DNA of 35,291 bases from Octopus sinensis. Taxonomy: Eukaryota. The stretch's first letter is position 1, and every line of letters starts with the position of its first letter. Both the position numbers and the translations under genes were made by a program. This document shows positions 1 to 10,580 of this stretch, in pieces. The notes under the pieces are model-generated. The model saw only the letters and a program-made list of their open reading frames with translations. It was not told where the DNA came from and searched no databases. Location of the stretch: positions 1-35,291 of the forward strand of contig NW_021829909.1 in NCBI RefSeq assembly GCF_006345805.1. Reading direction: 5' to 3'.

Positions 1-974
1 GCTGTGGGGCTACCCGATCATAAAAGATGAGCATTATTTGTAATTCAAATGGTACACCAGTGTAACAGTTTTGCTTTCACATACACTTAAATTGTGATTT
101 CAGCAATGTGCTGCATAAATTGTCAAGTAAATGAGAGGCATCTTTGCCTCCACTGATTCAGTTGCAAAGTGTTGAGTAAAGTTATTTGAATGCAGACCTC
201 CTTTCAGTCTTTTTATTATCACTCGGTCACACATAGTCCCCAGATGATAACATTGATTTCAAGGCCTTTCCAGGTGAGTGACTGGTTATTCAAAGACGTT
301 TATAGATTTCAAATTTATTCTGTCCAGTTACGTATCAGTATAGTGGCCATTTGCAAACTCCAGAGGTGACACTTTAATTTCTCCTTAGCCCTCACGTCAC
401 ACCTTTGTTAATGTTTATTTCAGTTGGGTCACGCCCTTCCAATTGCTATTTATTCGTAATGCATCTTACGGCTGTGCCTGTCACCTGGATGGTGAGGAAT
501 CTTATATTGGGAATGGTAACGACTAGGGTAAGGTAGATGACTGCTTATTGTGATCATTTGTCTTTTGGTTTCCTGTAGCTTTGCTCTCTTTTACAAACCC
601 AGTGAACATATATTTCCTATTTCAAAGAAATTCAAACAATAGATATAAGAACCAAGCTAAAAAGATTCTCAACAATTCAACTTCTCTGGTTGACATTAAG
701 ATGCCCACCCCCCAAAAGGGGCCTTAACTCTCACATTTTAGAGCTCCATGACCTTCATTTTTCAGGAGTAAAATCCTTTTAACACGTTCAATAAGACTGG
801 AATTTTGGAATATGCGCATAAAAATCATTAGTATGGGATACATGTGACACGATTACAATTTTTTTAGGGTGTGTAAAGAGGGAAATAACCCTCATCTGCA
901 ATTTTGAGGAAATTCGTAACATAGATATTCCAGTTCATTACAGAAAATATAACAGAAAGTGTAATTCTTCATTC

Positions 975-1009
975 CATGTAACACGAGCAATGCCGGGTAT
1001 CTCTGCTAG
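975..1009 (+). mobile_element. Possible Helitron 3' terminus
   Basis: acacgagcaatgccgggtatctctgCTAG|T: GC-rich subterminal segment followed by CTAG and a T, as in animal Helitron 3' ends. No convincing helicase ORF or 5' TC end identified. Confidence 0.45.
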
Positions 1010-1093
1010 TATATTATATAATTCATATAATATAATACATATATATTAAGGCGATTTCCAGCACCACCGCAGTCTAATGCTAAAACAAGTAAA

Positions 1094-1136
<43 letters not shown>

Positions 1137-1494
1137 TAGTCAATGCACACCTGCGCACAGTCATATAGAAATATATACTAAAGAATCTACTTGTATATGT
1201 TCATACAGTCAGGGTATATAGAGACGGTTCATGAACACTCGGGTGCAGTTATAGAAAGAGAAATAAAAACATACATGTTTTTTGAATATTAATGAAAACG
1301 ACGGGGAAATTAGACGGGCAAGTATGATGTACATGCATTTATGGATACGGATATAGGTGTATGTAGATGCGTGTGGGGGTTGGTGTGTGTATATAGTCCA
1401 AGCTACATTTATAATGTACTTGTATCCACAAAGAAATATACAAATGCGCACAACCGTGTACCCATATATACATATACATACGCACATATGCACA

Positions 1495-1577
1495 TATATA
1501 TGTGTTGTATAAATATATATATGTATATATATATATATATATATGTATATATGTTGTTGTGTATATATGTATATGTA

Positions 1578-1619
<42 letters not shown>

Positions 1620-1629
1620 TTATATATAT

Positions 1630-1672
<43 letters not shown>
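1495..1672. repeat. (TA)n/(TATG)n microsatellite
   Basis: Direct inspection. Confidence 0.95.
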
Positions 1673-1674
<2 letters not shown>

Positions 1675-1675
1675 G

Positions 1676-1830
1676 GTCTCAGTATTAGCTGTGTGGTATG
1701 AAGCTTGCTTCATACATTCTTCCAGGTGCAGTTCCACTACGTGACACTAAGAAGAAGTGTCTTCCTACAGCCTCGGTCCGAGTAAGCCTTGTATGTCGAT
1801 TTGGTAGACGTTAAATGAAAGACGACTCTA
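1676..1830 (+). mobile_element. Degenerate tRNA-derived SINE, family A head/body
   Basis: agctgtgtggtatgaagcttgctt...aagtgtcttcctacagcctcggtccgagtaagccttgt...gatttggtagacg aligns with the better copies at 6875 and 24390. Confidence 0.7.
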
Positions 1831-1952
1831 GTGTGTGTATGTGTGTATATATATATATATTAATAAAAATAAGGGTAGCAAAACAATTCTAGAAAAAATT
1901 CTCCGCTACCATCGGTCTAGTGAGAAAGAGAAGATAGTCAAAGACTATATAA

Positions 1953-2153
1953 TATACATTCAACAATATTAAGGAATGACCATAATAGGACATTTGACTC
2001 ACTAGAAAGAGCAGCCAAACTCAAACCGCTAAATAGTTGTAATTCTGAAATTACAACTTCAGAATTACAACTATTTAGCGATTTGAGTTTGACTGCTCTT
2101 TCTAGTGAGTCGGAAGGCCTATTAGGGCCATTCCTTATATTGTTGAATGTATA
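1953..2153. repeat. Fold-back inverted repeat (~95-bp arms, 8-nt loop); possible MITE
   Basis: Left arm tacattcaacaatattaaggaatg...aaatagttgtaattctgaa (to 2049); loop attacaac; right arm ttcagaattacaactattt...cattccttatattgttgaatgta. About 9 differences between arms; TA on both outer sides. Confidence 0.9.
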
Positions 2154-2479
2154 TATATATACATACACACGCACGCACATACACACGCATATATATATAT
2201 GTGTGTGTCAAATGACTAAATAAAAATAAAGAAAAATAATGCATATATATATATATGTGTGTGTGTGTGCGCGTATGTATACATCCGCACACATGCATGC
2301 ACTTACATGCCTACATATACGTATGTATATATAAATAGACTCTCACGCACGCACGCTTGTGTGTATATATGTGCACACATATGTATACATATTCATATAT
2401 ACACCTAGATGCATAAACTCAGACGAAAAAAAAAGTACCACGTGTTTGTGTGCGTGTGGTACGTGTGTGTGCGTGCGAA

Positions 2480-4300
2480 GGTTTTTAGCCTGGCTGTTTC
2501 CGTTTTATAAGCAATCCGTAAGTAGTGTTTTACAGGTTTCATTCGGGTCCCTGCGGTATTAATATTGGATATATTGATGCTTGTTATCTGTCTCTGCAGA
2601 AATACTTTTGGGAGGTGGGTGAGCCTAGTCTGCCTAACATTATTTAGATTCCGCTGCTGATCTTGGCGATTGGATTCATTCATGAGACGCATGAGTCTGT
2701 GTCAGGGTCAATGGTATTTGGTGCCTGGTTATTATATATCGATGGAACTACATATTTAAGTCGTTTAGTATCGTTTAGGTTAAGCTTATTAGTTCTACCG
2801 ATGTCATCTCCTTGGTTTGGAATGTGGCGTAAGATAGATTATAGGCATACTTATTAAATACTTGTTAATATTTGTGATATGGTTTGAAGAAGAGAAAGAA
2901 TAACATTTAAGGTCGACATGATCTTACCTGGAGATTTTGTGAATTATACCATGTAGCTTTCTATCTTTTTCTTTTACTGTTAGTGTAACTAGGAGTCTCA
3001 GTACTGCTATTGCTAATAGAATTTCTGGTAACTGTAAGATTCTTAGCTTTATTCTTAGGGTCTGGGAATTTGGAGCTAAGTTCTAGAGGATATTTTTACG
3101 TATCTAGGTGCAAAATATTCTGTTGTTGATTTATCCACACTTTCATGGTATGAAATCTTAAATTTATTTTGTGACTTGGTTCGGTACATAAATACTCTTT
3201 TTTGATGGCCGTTTCTGCTGAGAGTCTCAGTTTAATAGTAATGTACGTTGTAGTTATAAAAATTACCCTATTTGCGGATAAATTGAATACAAGGATGAAT
3301 ACGTTTTTCATTATTCCTTTGATCACTGATCTCGGATGATTAGATTCAGGCTAGATGTAGTGTAAATTTTCCTGAAGCATATGGTGAGGGTAATATAAAC
3401 TTGAAGAGATGCTTACATCTAGAGAATTTACAATTTTGTTGTTTGGTTCGAATGTGAGTGAGGGATTTTCATTCTTACATACGAAGACTTGTACGGGTTC
3501 GTTGTAGTTGTGAGAAGGCAGTCGGCCCTCTAACGTCCTCTTCCAACATCGATAAGTTAGATGTTAATGTTCGACGAGGTCAGTAACTTGAGCAGATTCC
3601 ATGAATCCCATGCTGACGTCAAAATTTCTAGGAAAAGACTCTCGCGTTCATCAGTCATCCTCAAACTCTCATGTTCTTCCCGAATTCTTATATTTTAGGA
3701 TTTTTAAACAATACTATCACTATCTGTGTTATACCAAAGTTCCGGTTTCACACATTTCCTGATTGGCGTATTGTTTAATCCAATATTCTTCTACTGAGCC
3801 TACCCAGGTCTCATTTTTATGCACTAATTAACTTGATAGCAGGGCTTTCATTGAAGTTTGGCTTGAGATCATTTAGATCAGCGGCTCTCAATTGCGGCTC
3901 CCAGGACCGCATATGTTCTTAACATCCTCCTACCGGCCCTTAAAATAATTTAGAAAGTTTTCTGCATGTGATCTAACCTCTATTACAGGCATTGGTAAGT
4001 CAAGAAGTCACTTAGTCAACTGTTATTCATTCTTTCATCGAGGCAGTTTATCACAAGCTGTCATGGCAGAACCGCCTTCGAAGAACGCTCATTCACTTAT
4101 GCATTTTCAGTCCGATTGGGAAGTAAAATATCTTGTGATTGGAAAAGAGAAGGCATAATACCTTCTATGACCTGTGGTGTTTGAAGTCTTTTAATATTGA
4201 GAAGCCCTTTCTGCAGAATATTATCCTTACCAAAGAGAATCAAGGAACAGAAAGTCAGAATTCTTAAAGTCAGCGCACACAAAGCAAATGAATTTCTTCA
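2480..4300 (-). pseudogene. Highly decayed Penelope-like element (RT + GIY-YIG remnant), divergent subtype
   Basis: Manual minus-strand translation: DLKPNFNESPAIKLISA..DLGRLSRRILD (~3800-3870), WYNT..VLFKN, NFDVSMGFMESAQVTDLV (~3580-3630), GR*RADCLL (YRDD-like, ~3520-3545), LTFEPNNKIVNSLDVS (~3410-3460), YI*PESNHPRSVIKGI (~3315-3360), KRKR*KATWYN (~2945-2975), VFNK..NLSY (~2835-2865). Many stops and frameshifts; boundaries approximate. Confidence 0.7.
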
Positions 4301-4684
4301 AACATGTAAGTGATTCTAAAGATGTAAGAATGGCACCAAACAGGATTAGCCACCCACTGGCTTGCTACATAAGCCGTATTCAGAAACATGCTATTGTCGT
4401 ATCACTGATGAATGCACTTCTTCTAGTATTCAACAAAAACATTAAAAAATACAGCTCAACAGTTGAGTGAATATCTAGTGATGTACATTTCTGGCTTTTC
4501 ATTAAGTCGAACGATTTTATTTGCTGTTCTACTGGTCTTTGATTGCACAAAATGCATTACCGATATAGAGCAACTAACGGTGCTCACCAGGGTAGTTACT
4601 CCAGACTTTTTGATTTACGGAGAATAAATTCTTCCCGTTGCATTCCATTCTCAAATGCGACATATAATCCATGAATTTCGTGCA

Positions 4685-5000
4685 ACTTGTACTTACGGTG
4701 GCACTTACATGAGATGGGTTGAGCCGACTCCGACCAGTGAGTTCCCCACATCTCTTACAAACGCTGACCACATCCAACGGTCAGCTGCAGTCGAGGAATG
4801 CAATGGATATCCACTCTCGGTTTCACTGCGGAAGAAAATAGAAGCTGGGACACAACTGAGCTTCCAAGTCCGCACTTACCGTGGCCAACCACGTCTCCAT
4901 TTGTCTTCCTGCACATTTACTCCTACCTGGAAGGGTAGCGTGTTGACCAGCGTTCGAGTGAATACTCCACAGAGGCTGTTTTGTCCTTTACTCTCGTCAG
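4685..5000 (-). mobile_element. 3' fragment of RTE-clade LINE (SR2-like C-terminus)
   Basis: Minus strand reads GRQMETWLATVSADLEAQ...W.REWISIAFSTAADRWMWSAFVRDV, then a short UTR ending gtaagtacaagt, like RTE tails. Confidence 0.65.
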
Positions 5001-5094
5001 TGCATTTAATATATATAGACACGACGAGCTTCTTTTTAAATTATTAATGAACGGAACGCTACACACCTTGATGTTATTCACAATAAGTTATAGA

Positions 5095-5103
5095 TACATA
5101 TAC

Positions 5104-5184
<81 letters not shown>

Positions 5185-6025
5185 TGCATGAATGTATGCA
5201 TGTATGTATGTATGTCTGCATGTATGTAAGTATGTATGTATTTATGTATGTATGATGTATGCATGTATGTTTGTATGTATGTATGTATGTATGTATGTTT
5301 GTATGTATGTATGTAGGTATGTATGTATGTATGTATGTATGTATGTATGTATGTCTATATGTATGTATATATGTATGTATGTATGTATGCATGTATGTAT
5401 GCATGTATTTATGCATGTATGTATGTATGCATGTATGTATTGTATGCATGTATGTATGTATGCGTGTATGTATGTATGCATGTATGCATGTATGTATGCA
5501 TGTATGTATGCATGTTTGTATGTATGTAAGCATGTGTGTATGTCTATATGTATGCATATATGTATGTATGTATGTATGTATGCATGTATATATGAATGTA
5601 TGTATGTACATATGTATGCATGTATGTATGTATGCATGTATGTATGTATGCATATATGTATGTATGTATGCATGTATGTATATATGTATGTATGCATGCA
5701 TGCATGTATGTATGTATGTATGTATGTATGTATGTATGTATTCATGTATGTATGTATGTATGCATGTATGTATGTATGCTTGCATGCATGCATGCATGTA
5801 TGTATATATGTATGTATGCATGTGTGTATATATGCATGCATGCATGTATGTATGTTTATATGTATGTATGTATGCGTGTATGTATGTATGTATTTATGTA
5901 TATATGTATGCATGTATGTATCCATGCATGCATGTATGTGTTTATGGATGTATGTATGTATGTATGTATGTATGTATGTATGTATGTATGTATGTATGTA
6001 TGTATGTATTTATGTATGTATGTAT
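5095..6025. repeat. (TA)n followed by ~850 bp compound (ATGT)n/(ATGC) satellite
   Basis: Direct inspection; source of the spurious MYVC/HTYI ORFs. Confidence 0.97.
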
Positions 6026-6471
6026 AAATATATAAGGATATTGTTGTTTACAATAATGACAAGTGGCATAGTATGCATACAAAATACCATAAGGTCAAAA
6101 TTATTAAATAATAATTAAGGGTGCTACAAATATCACCAGCACGCTAAATATAGCAGTCAGAAGACGACTGCAATCACAAATTTTCACTAATACACATTAA
6201 CTGAAATCGTGGGAGTGAGCAGAAATTCTAATACCCCGTTTGTCTGGCTTTTTCAAATTAAAATTCTTTTCGTTAATGGTATTAGAGCTTAGAATTTCAG
6301 CTCATTCCACCGATTTTGATTAAAGCGTATCAGTTAATATTTGTGGTTGTAATTGTCTTATAACTGTTATTTCTATTGTGCTGGTGTTATTTGTAGTACC
6401 TTCAATTATTAATCTATATATATATAAGTTAGAAAAAACACCTTTTATCAATCCAAAATGAACAATTATAA

Positions 6472-6595
6472 GGTGGCGAGCTGGCAGAATCGTTAGCGCG
6501 CCGGGCGAAATGCTTAGCAGTATTTCATCTGTCTTTACTAACGGCGGTGCATCAGCATGGCCGCAGCTCTGAGCTGAAACTTGAAAAAAAAATTA
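6472..6595 (+). mobile_element. SINE family B head, internally deleted, joined to a family-A-type tail
   Basis: ggtggcgagctggcagaatcgttagcgcgccgggcgaaatgcttagcagtatttc, then ggcggtgcatcagcatggccgcagctctgagctgaaac and poly-A. Confidence 0.75.
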
Positions 6596-6874
6596 ATTGC
6601 ACCATCTAGAAAATTACATAAAATAGAAATATAAAAATTAAAATAACAATAATATACCGATGATTAATAAATTGCAAAGTAATAATAAAAACGTACATAT
6701 TTGGTAGAATAACGACACGTGTTTCTTGGCTATATTTAAGAAACGATTATAGTAAAAAAAGATAATAGTAGTAGTAAAATCACTTCGATATAAATATAGC
6801 CACTCATCAGGTAAAAAATAAACTACAATAATAAAATAACTAATAAATATATATATATATATATATAATAGCAG

Positions 6875-7262
6875 TGGCAGGAGTGGGTGTGTGGTAAGTA
6901 GCTTGGTTATCAACCACATGGTTCCGAGTTCAGTCCCACTCGGTAGCACCTTGGGCAAATGTCTTTCAGTATAGCCTCGGGCCAACCAAAGCCTTATAAG
7001 TTGATTTGGTAGACGGAAACTGAAAGAAACCCATCATATATATTATGTATATATAATGTATGTGTGTGTATATGTTTGTGTGTGTGTGTCCAATATCGAT
7101 TGACGGCTGATGCTGGTGTGTTTACTTAGCGGTTCGACAAAAGATACTGATAGAATAAGTACTAGGCTTACAAAGAATACGTTCTGGGGTTAATTTGCTC
7201 GACTAAAGGCAGTACCCCCCAGCATGGCCGCAGTCAAAATGGCTGAACCATAATTGAGTAAA
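6875..7262 (+). mobile_element. tRNA-derived SINE family A, near full length, with CORE-like box
   Basis: ggcaggagtgggtgtgtggtaagtagc (A-box-like)...ggttccgagttcagtccc (B-box-like)...ccttgggcaaatgtctt (CORE-like), internal microsatellite, tail cagcatggccgcagtcaaaatggctgaa. Confidence 0.85.
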
Positions 7263-7387
7263 ATATAATATATATTATAATATATATATATATATATATA
7301 GGGAGAGTTTACGAAAAAAACAAAAGACGAAGACAGGGTGGTGTACAAAACGAACAGATGTATTAGTATAACGCTCAGGAATAGAAA

Positions 7388-7428
7388 AAGTCTTTTACGT
7401 TTCGAGTCTACGCTCTTCCACAGAAAGT
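7388..7428 (-). ncRNA. Minimal type-I hammerhead-ribozyme-like motif in PLE 3' region
   Basis: Minus strand CUUU-CUGUGGA-A-GAGC GUAG ACUC-GAAA-CGUA-AAAG: 4-bp stem I, variant core, stem II with one mismatch, GAAA, palindromic ACGU stem III, GUA triplet. PLEs are known to carry minimal hammerheads. Confidence 0.55.
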
Positions 7429-7559
7429 GACAGAAAAACAAGGAGAGAAACAAGGAGAGAAAAATGTGTGTATCATGGCGACTAGTGCCGGACAGAAGGG
7501 TCAAACACGAGGAGGAAAGTAGGGGAGATAACAAGGTAAAGATGACCCCCCAACACAAA

Positions 7560-8200
7560 GGTGCGTGTATGTATAAGAGCGTATGTATGTGCGTGTGAAA
7601 GAGGGCTGGTGGTCTGGACGTGTGCGTGTATGTGTAGGTGTGAAGATGTTGGGATGGGTGTGTGGGTGGTGTGTTGTGGGTGGTGTGTTGTGATGTGATG
7701 TGTAATGTTGTATGGTGTAGTATGGTGTGGTGTGATGTTGTTGGGAGGTGGGGAAGGCGAGAATGGGGAAAGCGCGTGCGGGATGTGGGTTAAGCTGGGG
7801 GTTGGGGTAGAGTTGGGGTTTGTGGGTAGGCAGAGGGTTGGGGTAGAGGTGGGGTATGTGGAGGAGGGAGTGTGGGATGATGGGGGGATGGGAAGGATAG
7901 AAAAGGTGGATTAGGGATGTGTAGGAGTGGGTACGTTTATGGGGGAGTGGAAGGTGGGTGTGTGAGGAGAGAGTGAGGAGAGAAGAGGGAAAGAGACTAA
8001 GAGAGAAAAGGGTAAGAGGGAAAGTGAGTAGGGGTGAAGAGAAGTAGCAGTGAAGAGAAGTAGGAGTTGGGCAAGAGAGGAGAGTTGCGTGGGAAGAAGG
8101 CGGAGGGAGGGGGAGAGAGGAGAGAAAGAGAGTAAGGGAGAAAAGGGAAAGAGAGTAGGGGTTAAAAGATGTAGGAATGAAGAGAAGTAGGAGTCGGGGA
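7560..8200. repeat. GT-rich then GA-rich low-complexity tract within PLE 3' region
   Basis: Extreme G/A strand skew with multiple GGG/GGGG runs at 7795-7890. Confidence 0.85.
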
Positions 8201-8205
8201 GGAGG

Positions 8206-8658
8206 TTAGATGAAGAGGGAAGGAGGATTGAGCCCAAATGGCGTAAAAGAACGAAGAGAGAAGATCAATCCCTGTTCACGGCGCAAACGGGTGTCCGGAT
8301 GGCTTGTCTGCAAGGACAATCCGAACACAGACAGGTGTTGCAAGGAGTGACCGTTGGAGTGGAAATGGTGTGAGACTGGATCATTGCCGAGGCGGATGTC
8401 TCGGAGGTGTTCTGCGAAATGGTCAGCCAAGCGGCGTCCCGTTTGTCCGATGTACAGGAAATGGCAGAGAGAGCAGGAGATGCAATAGGTGATATTGCTG
8501 GAGGTGCAAATGAAGGAGTCGATGATGCGATAGGGTCGATGATGGGTGCCGGTGAGGAGGGTGATCTTAGAGAGGTAAGGGCAAGTGCGGCAACGTGGGC
8601 GGGAGCAGGGGAACGAGCCAGGTTGGGAGGTAGGGTTGGGGAAAAAGCTGTGGACCAA
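8206..8658 (-). pseudogene. GIY-YIG endonuclease domain of the Penelope-like element
   Basis: ORF GSFPCSRPRCRTCP...NITYCISCSLCHFLYIGQTGRRLADHFAEH...REQGLIFSLRSFTPFGLN; frameshifted from the RT thumb ORF. Confidence 0.9.
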
Positions 8659-9412
8659 GAGGTCTCGTAGGTTGTGGGCTCGTTTGAAGGAGGGAAGAGG
8701 TGTGAAGTGGACGGGTTGGACTGGAGATGCCGGAAAGCTCGGAGAATGGTGCGTTGGAGAGGTAGGGTGGTGGGGTGGTAGGTGAGGGGAACAAGGAGGC
8801 GGGAGACTGCAGGGCGGGTTCGGGGGGAGAGAGCAGATGCACGGTCTATGGAACGTGCTCTGGCAAGGGCGGTGTGGATAATGGTGAGGATATATCCACG
8901 TAGGATGAAGTGGCGAACCATGAATTGAGACTGAGTCTCAAAGTCATGGTCGTCACTACAGAGCCTACATAGACGGAGGAATTGGGAATAAGGGATGGGA
9001 AGCTTGGTGTGTTTGGGGTGGGAGGAAGAGAAGTTTATGTATGAGTGTGAATCTGTGTGTTTGTAGGGATGGAGGTGGTAAGAGTGCAGTGATGAATGGT
9101 GACCGAAATGTGAAGAAAGGAGACAGAGGTGTCAGAGATAGTGCAGAATTGGAGGGCAGGATGGCAAGATTTGACGAAAGAGAGGAAGGAGTCTAGATGT
9201 TCGCGAGGGAGTGAGGTGGCACCGATAATGTCGTCAATATAACGGCCATATAGTTTGGGAGTGGGACCAGTGAAACTAACACACACACACACACACAAAT
9301 ATATATGCCCATACATAAATAATAATGCATATACATATATACACACATATACATATATAAATATATATAAACACAAACACACACATACCAATATGTGCAT
9401 GTATGTATATAA

Positions 9413-9442
<30 letters not shown>

Positions 9443-9445
<3 letters not shown>

Positions 9446-9660
9446 TATTATGCCTGCGAGACGAGGGTCACATATCGATACCACATCAAACAACTGGAAC
9501 GTCTCCATCAGTTGTGTCTCAGACAGATCTTCTATGGCATTATGTGGGAGGACCGGATCAGTGGTCTTGAAATACTGGAAGGCTCTCGGTGCGAAAGTAT
9601 AGAAGTTCTGCAATTAATTTGATACTGTTTGGTGACCATATGTGAGAGCAATAACCAAAG
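9443..9660 (+). mobile_element. RTE (BovB-like) LINE fragment, C-terminal ORF region
   Basis: YYACETRVTYRYHIKQLERLHQLCLRQIFYGIMWEDRISGLEILEGSRCESIE matches the RTE pattern LYGCETWT.Y..H...LERFH..CLR.IL.I.W.D. Confidence 0.8.
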
Positions 9661-9894
9661 TGGCTTAGGACAAGTGTCCTCCAGAGGACCATCATGGTTT
9701 ACCGATCTCTTGTTCTAAGAGTTCTAAGAATCCATCCAGTCAGCCGCCTGCATTTCGTTGCCAACTTAACATCATGCACATGGAAAGATGCATCATTACT
9801 CATGTAAATACCCAGGTCACGCACTGAATGTGTCTCTGGTATTACAGTCCCTCCTGGTCCAGTGTATATATATATATATATAGGTATATATGTA

Positions 9895-10070
9895 CGTCGT
9901 TAGCACGCCGGGCGAAATGCTTAGCGGTATTTCGTCTGCCCTTATGTTCGGAGGTCGACTTTGCTTTTCATCCTTTCGGGGTCGATAAATTATGTACCAG
10001 TTACGCACTGAGGTTGATGTAATCGACTTAATGCATTTGTCTGTCCTTGTTTGTCCCTCTCTATGTTTAG
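9895..10070 (+). mobile_element. SINE family B copy (5' and 3' clipped)
   Basis: cgttagcacgccgggcgaaatgcttagcggtatttcgtctgcc...catcctttcggggtcgataaattatgtaccag...tttgtctgtccttgtttgtccctctctatgtttag. Confidence 0.85.
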
Positions 10071-10184
10071 ATACACAGACAGACATACATTAAAACAGAC
10101 AGATTGACGGACGGATGGACTGACATTCAGGCAGACAGATAGACCATAGATAGATAGATAGATAGATAGGTAGACAGATAGACT

Positions 10185-10241
<57 letters not shown>

Positions 10242-10284
10242 GTAGACAGATAGACAGATAGACTGATAGATAGATAGATAGATA
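10071..10284. repeat. (GACA)/(GATA)n microsatellite abutting the 3' end of Tx1 copy A
   Basis: Direct inspection. Confidence 0.95.
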
Positions 10285-10580
10285 ACTTTTTATTGTAGCC
10301 ACACAGGGCTAAACACAGAATAAAAATGGACGAAATACAATGTAGAATTGTTTTCTTTTCGAGGTGGGATGGGTGGGGCAAAAAAAAAAAAAAAAAAACG
10401 TTTGATCAATAGAGATCTGTGGTGTGTGTGATGTATAAAAAAGCACTATATATATATATATAAGGTTCACAGTTTAGGTGTAGCCTTGGAAAGAAAAACC
10501 TACAAAAAAGACCAAGGTCACCTCAGACAGTTCGAAAAAGAACACTGAGTAAGTCGCCTCACTTCTCGTTGTCTCTTTGG

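Larger units (their letters stand above)
7301..9277 (-). mobile_element. 5'-truncated Penelope-like element, Neptune type (RT C-half + GIY-YIG + 3' region/pLTR)
   Basis: KLYGRYIDDIIG and F....HPALQF in ORF 9035..9613; thumb F..RGY and PLTYHP in ORF 8265..8921; CSRPRCRTC linker and YCISCSLCHFLYIGQTGRRL..HFAEH...GLN in ORF 8206..8658. Bounded by (TA)n and (CA)n. Confidence 0.9.

Noticed and set aside
1862-1922. Mini-Helitron (ccg-ctaccat-cgg tCTAGt)
   Set aside because: The hairpin is only 3 bp and sits directly against CTAG; insufficient support.
4655-5047. 130-aa plus-strand ORF
   Set aside because: Antisense to the RTE fragment; no recognisable domain.
5078-6118. Long ORFs of 143-308 aa (MYVC/HTYI repeats)
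   Set aside because: Translations of the ATGT/ATGC satellite; open in several frames on both strands because the repeat lacks stop codons.
7190-8237. Hydrophobic or Ser/Leu/Pro-rich ORFs suggesting membrane proteins
   Set aside because: They arise from SINE sequence and the pyrimidine-rich PLE spacer.
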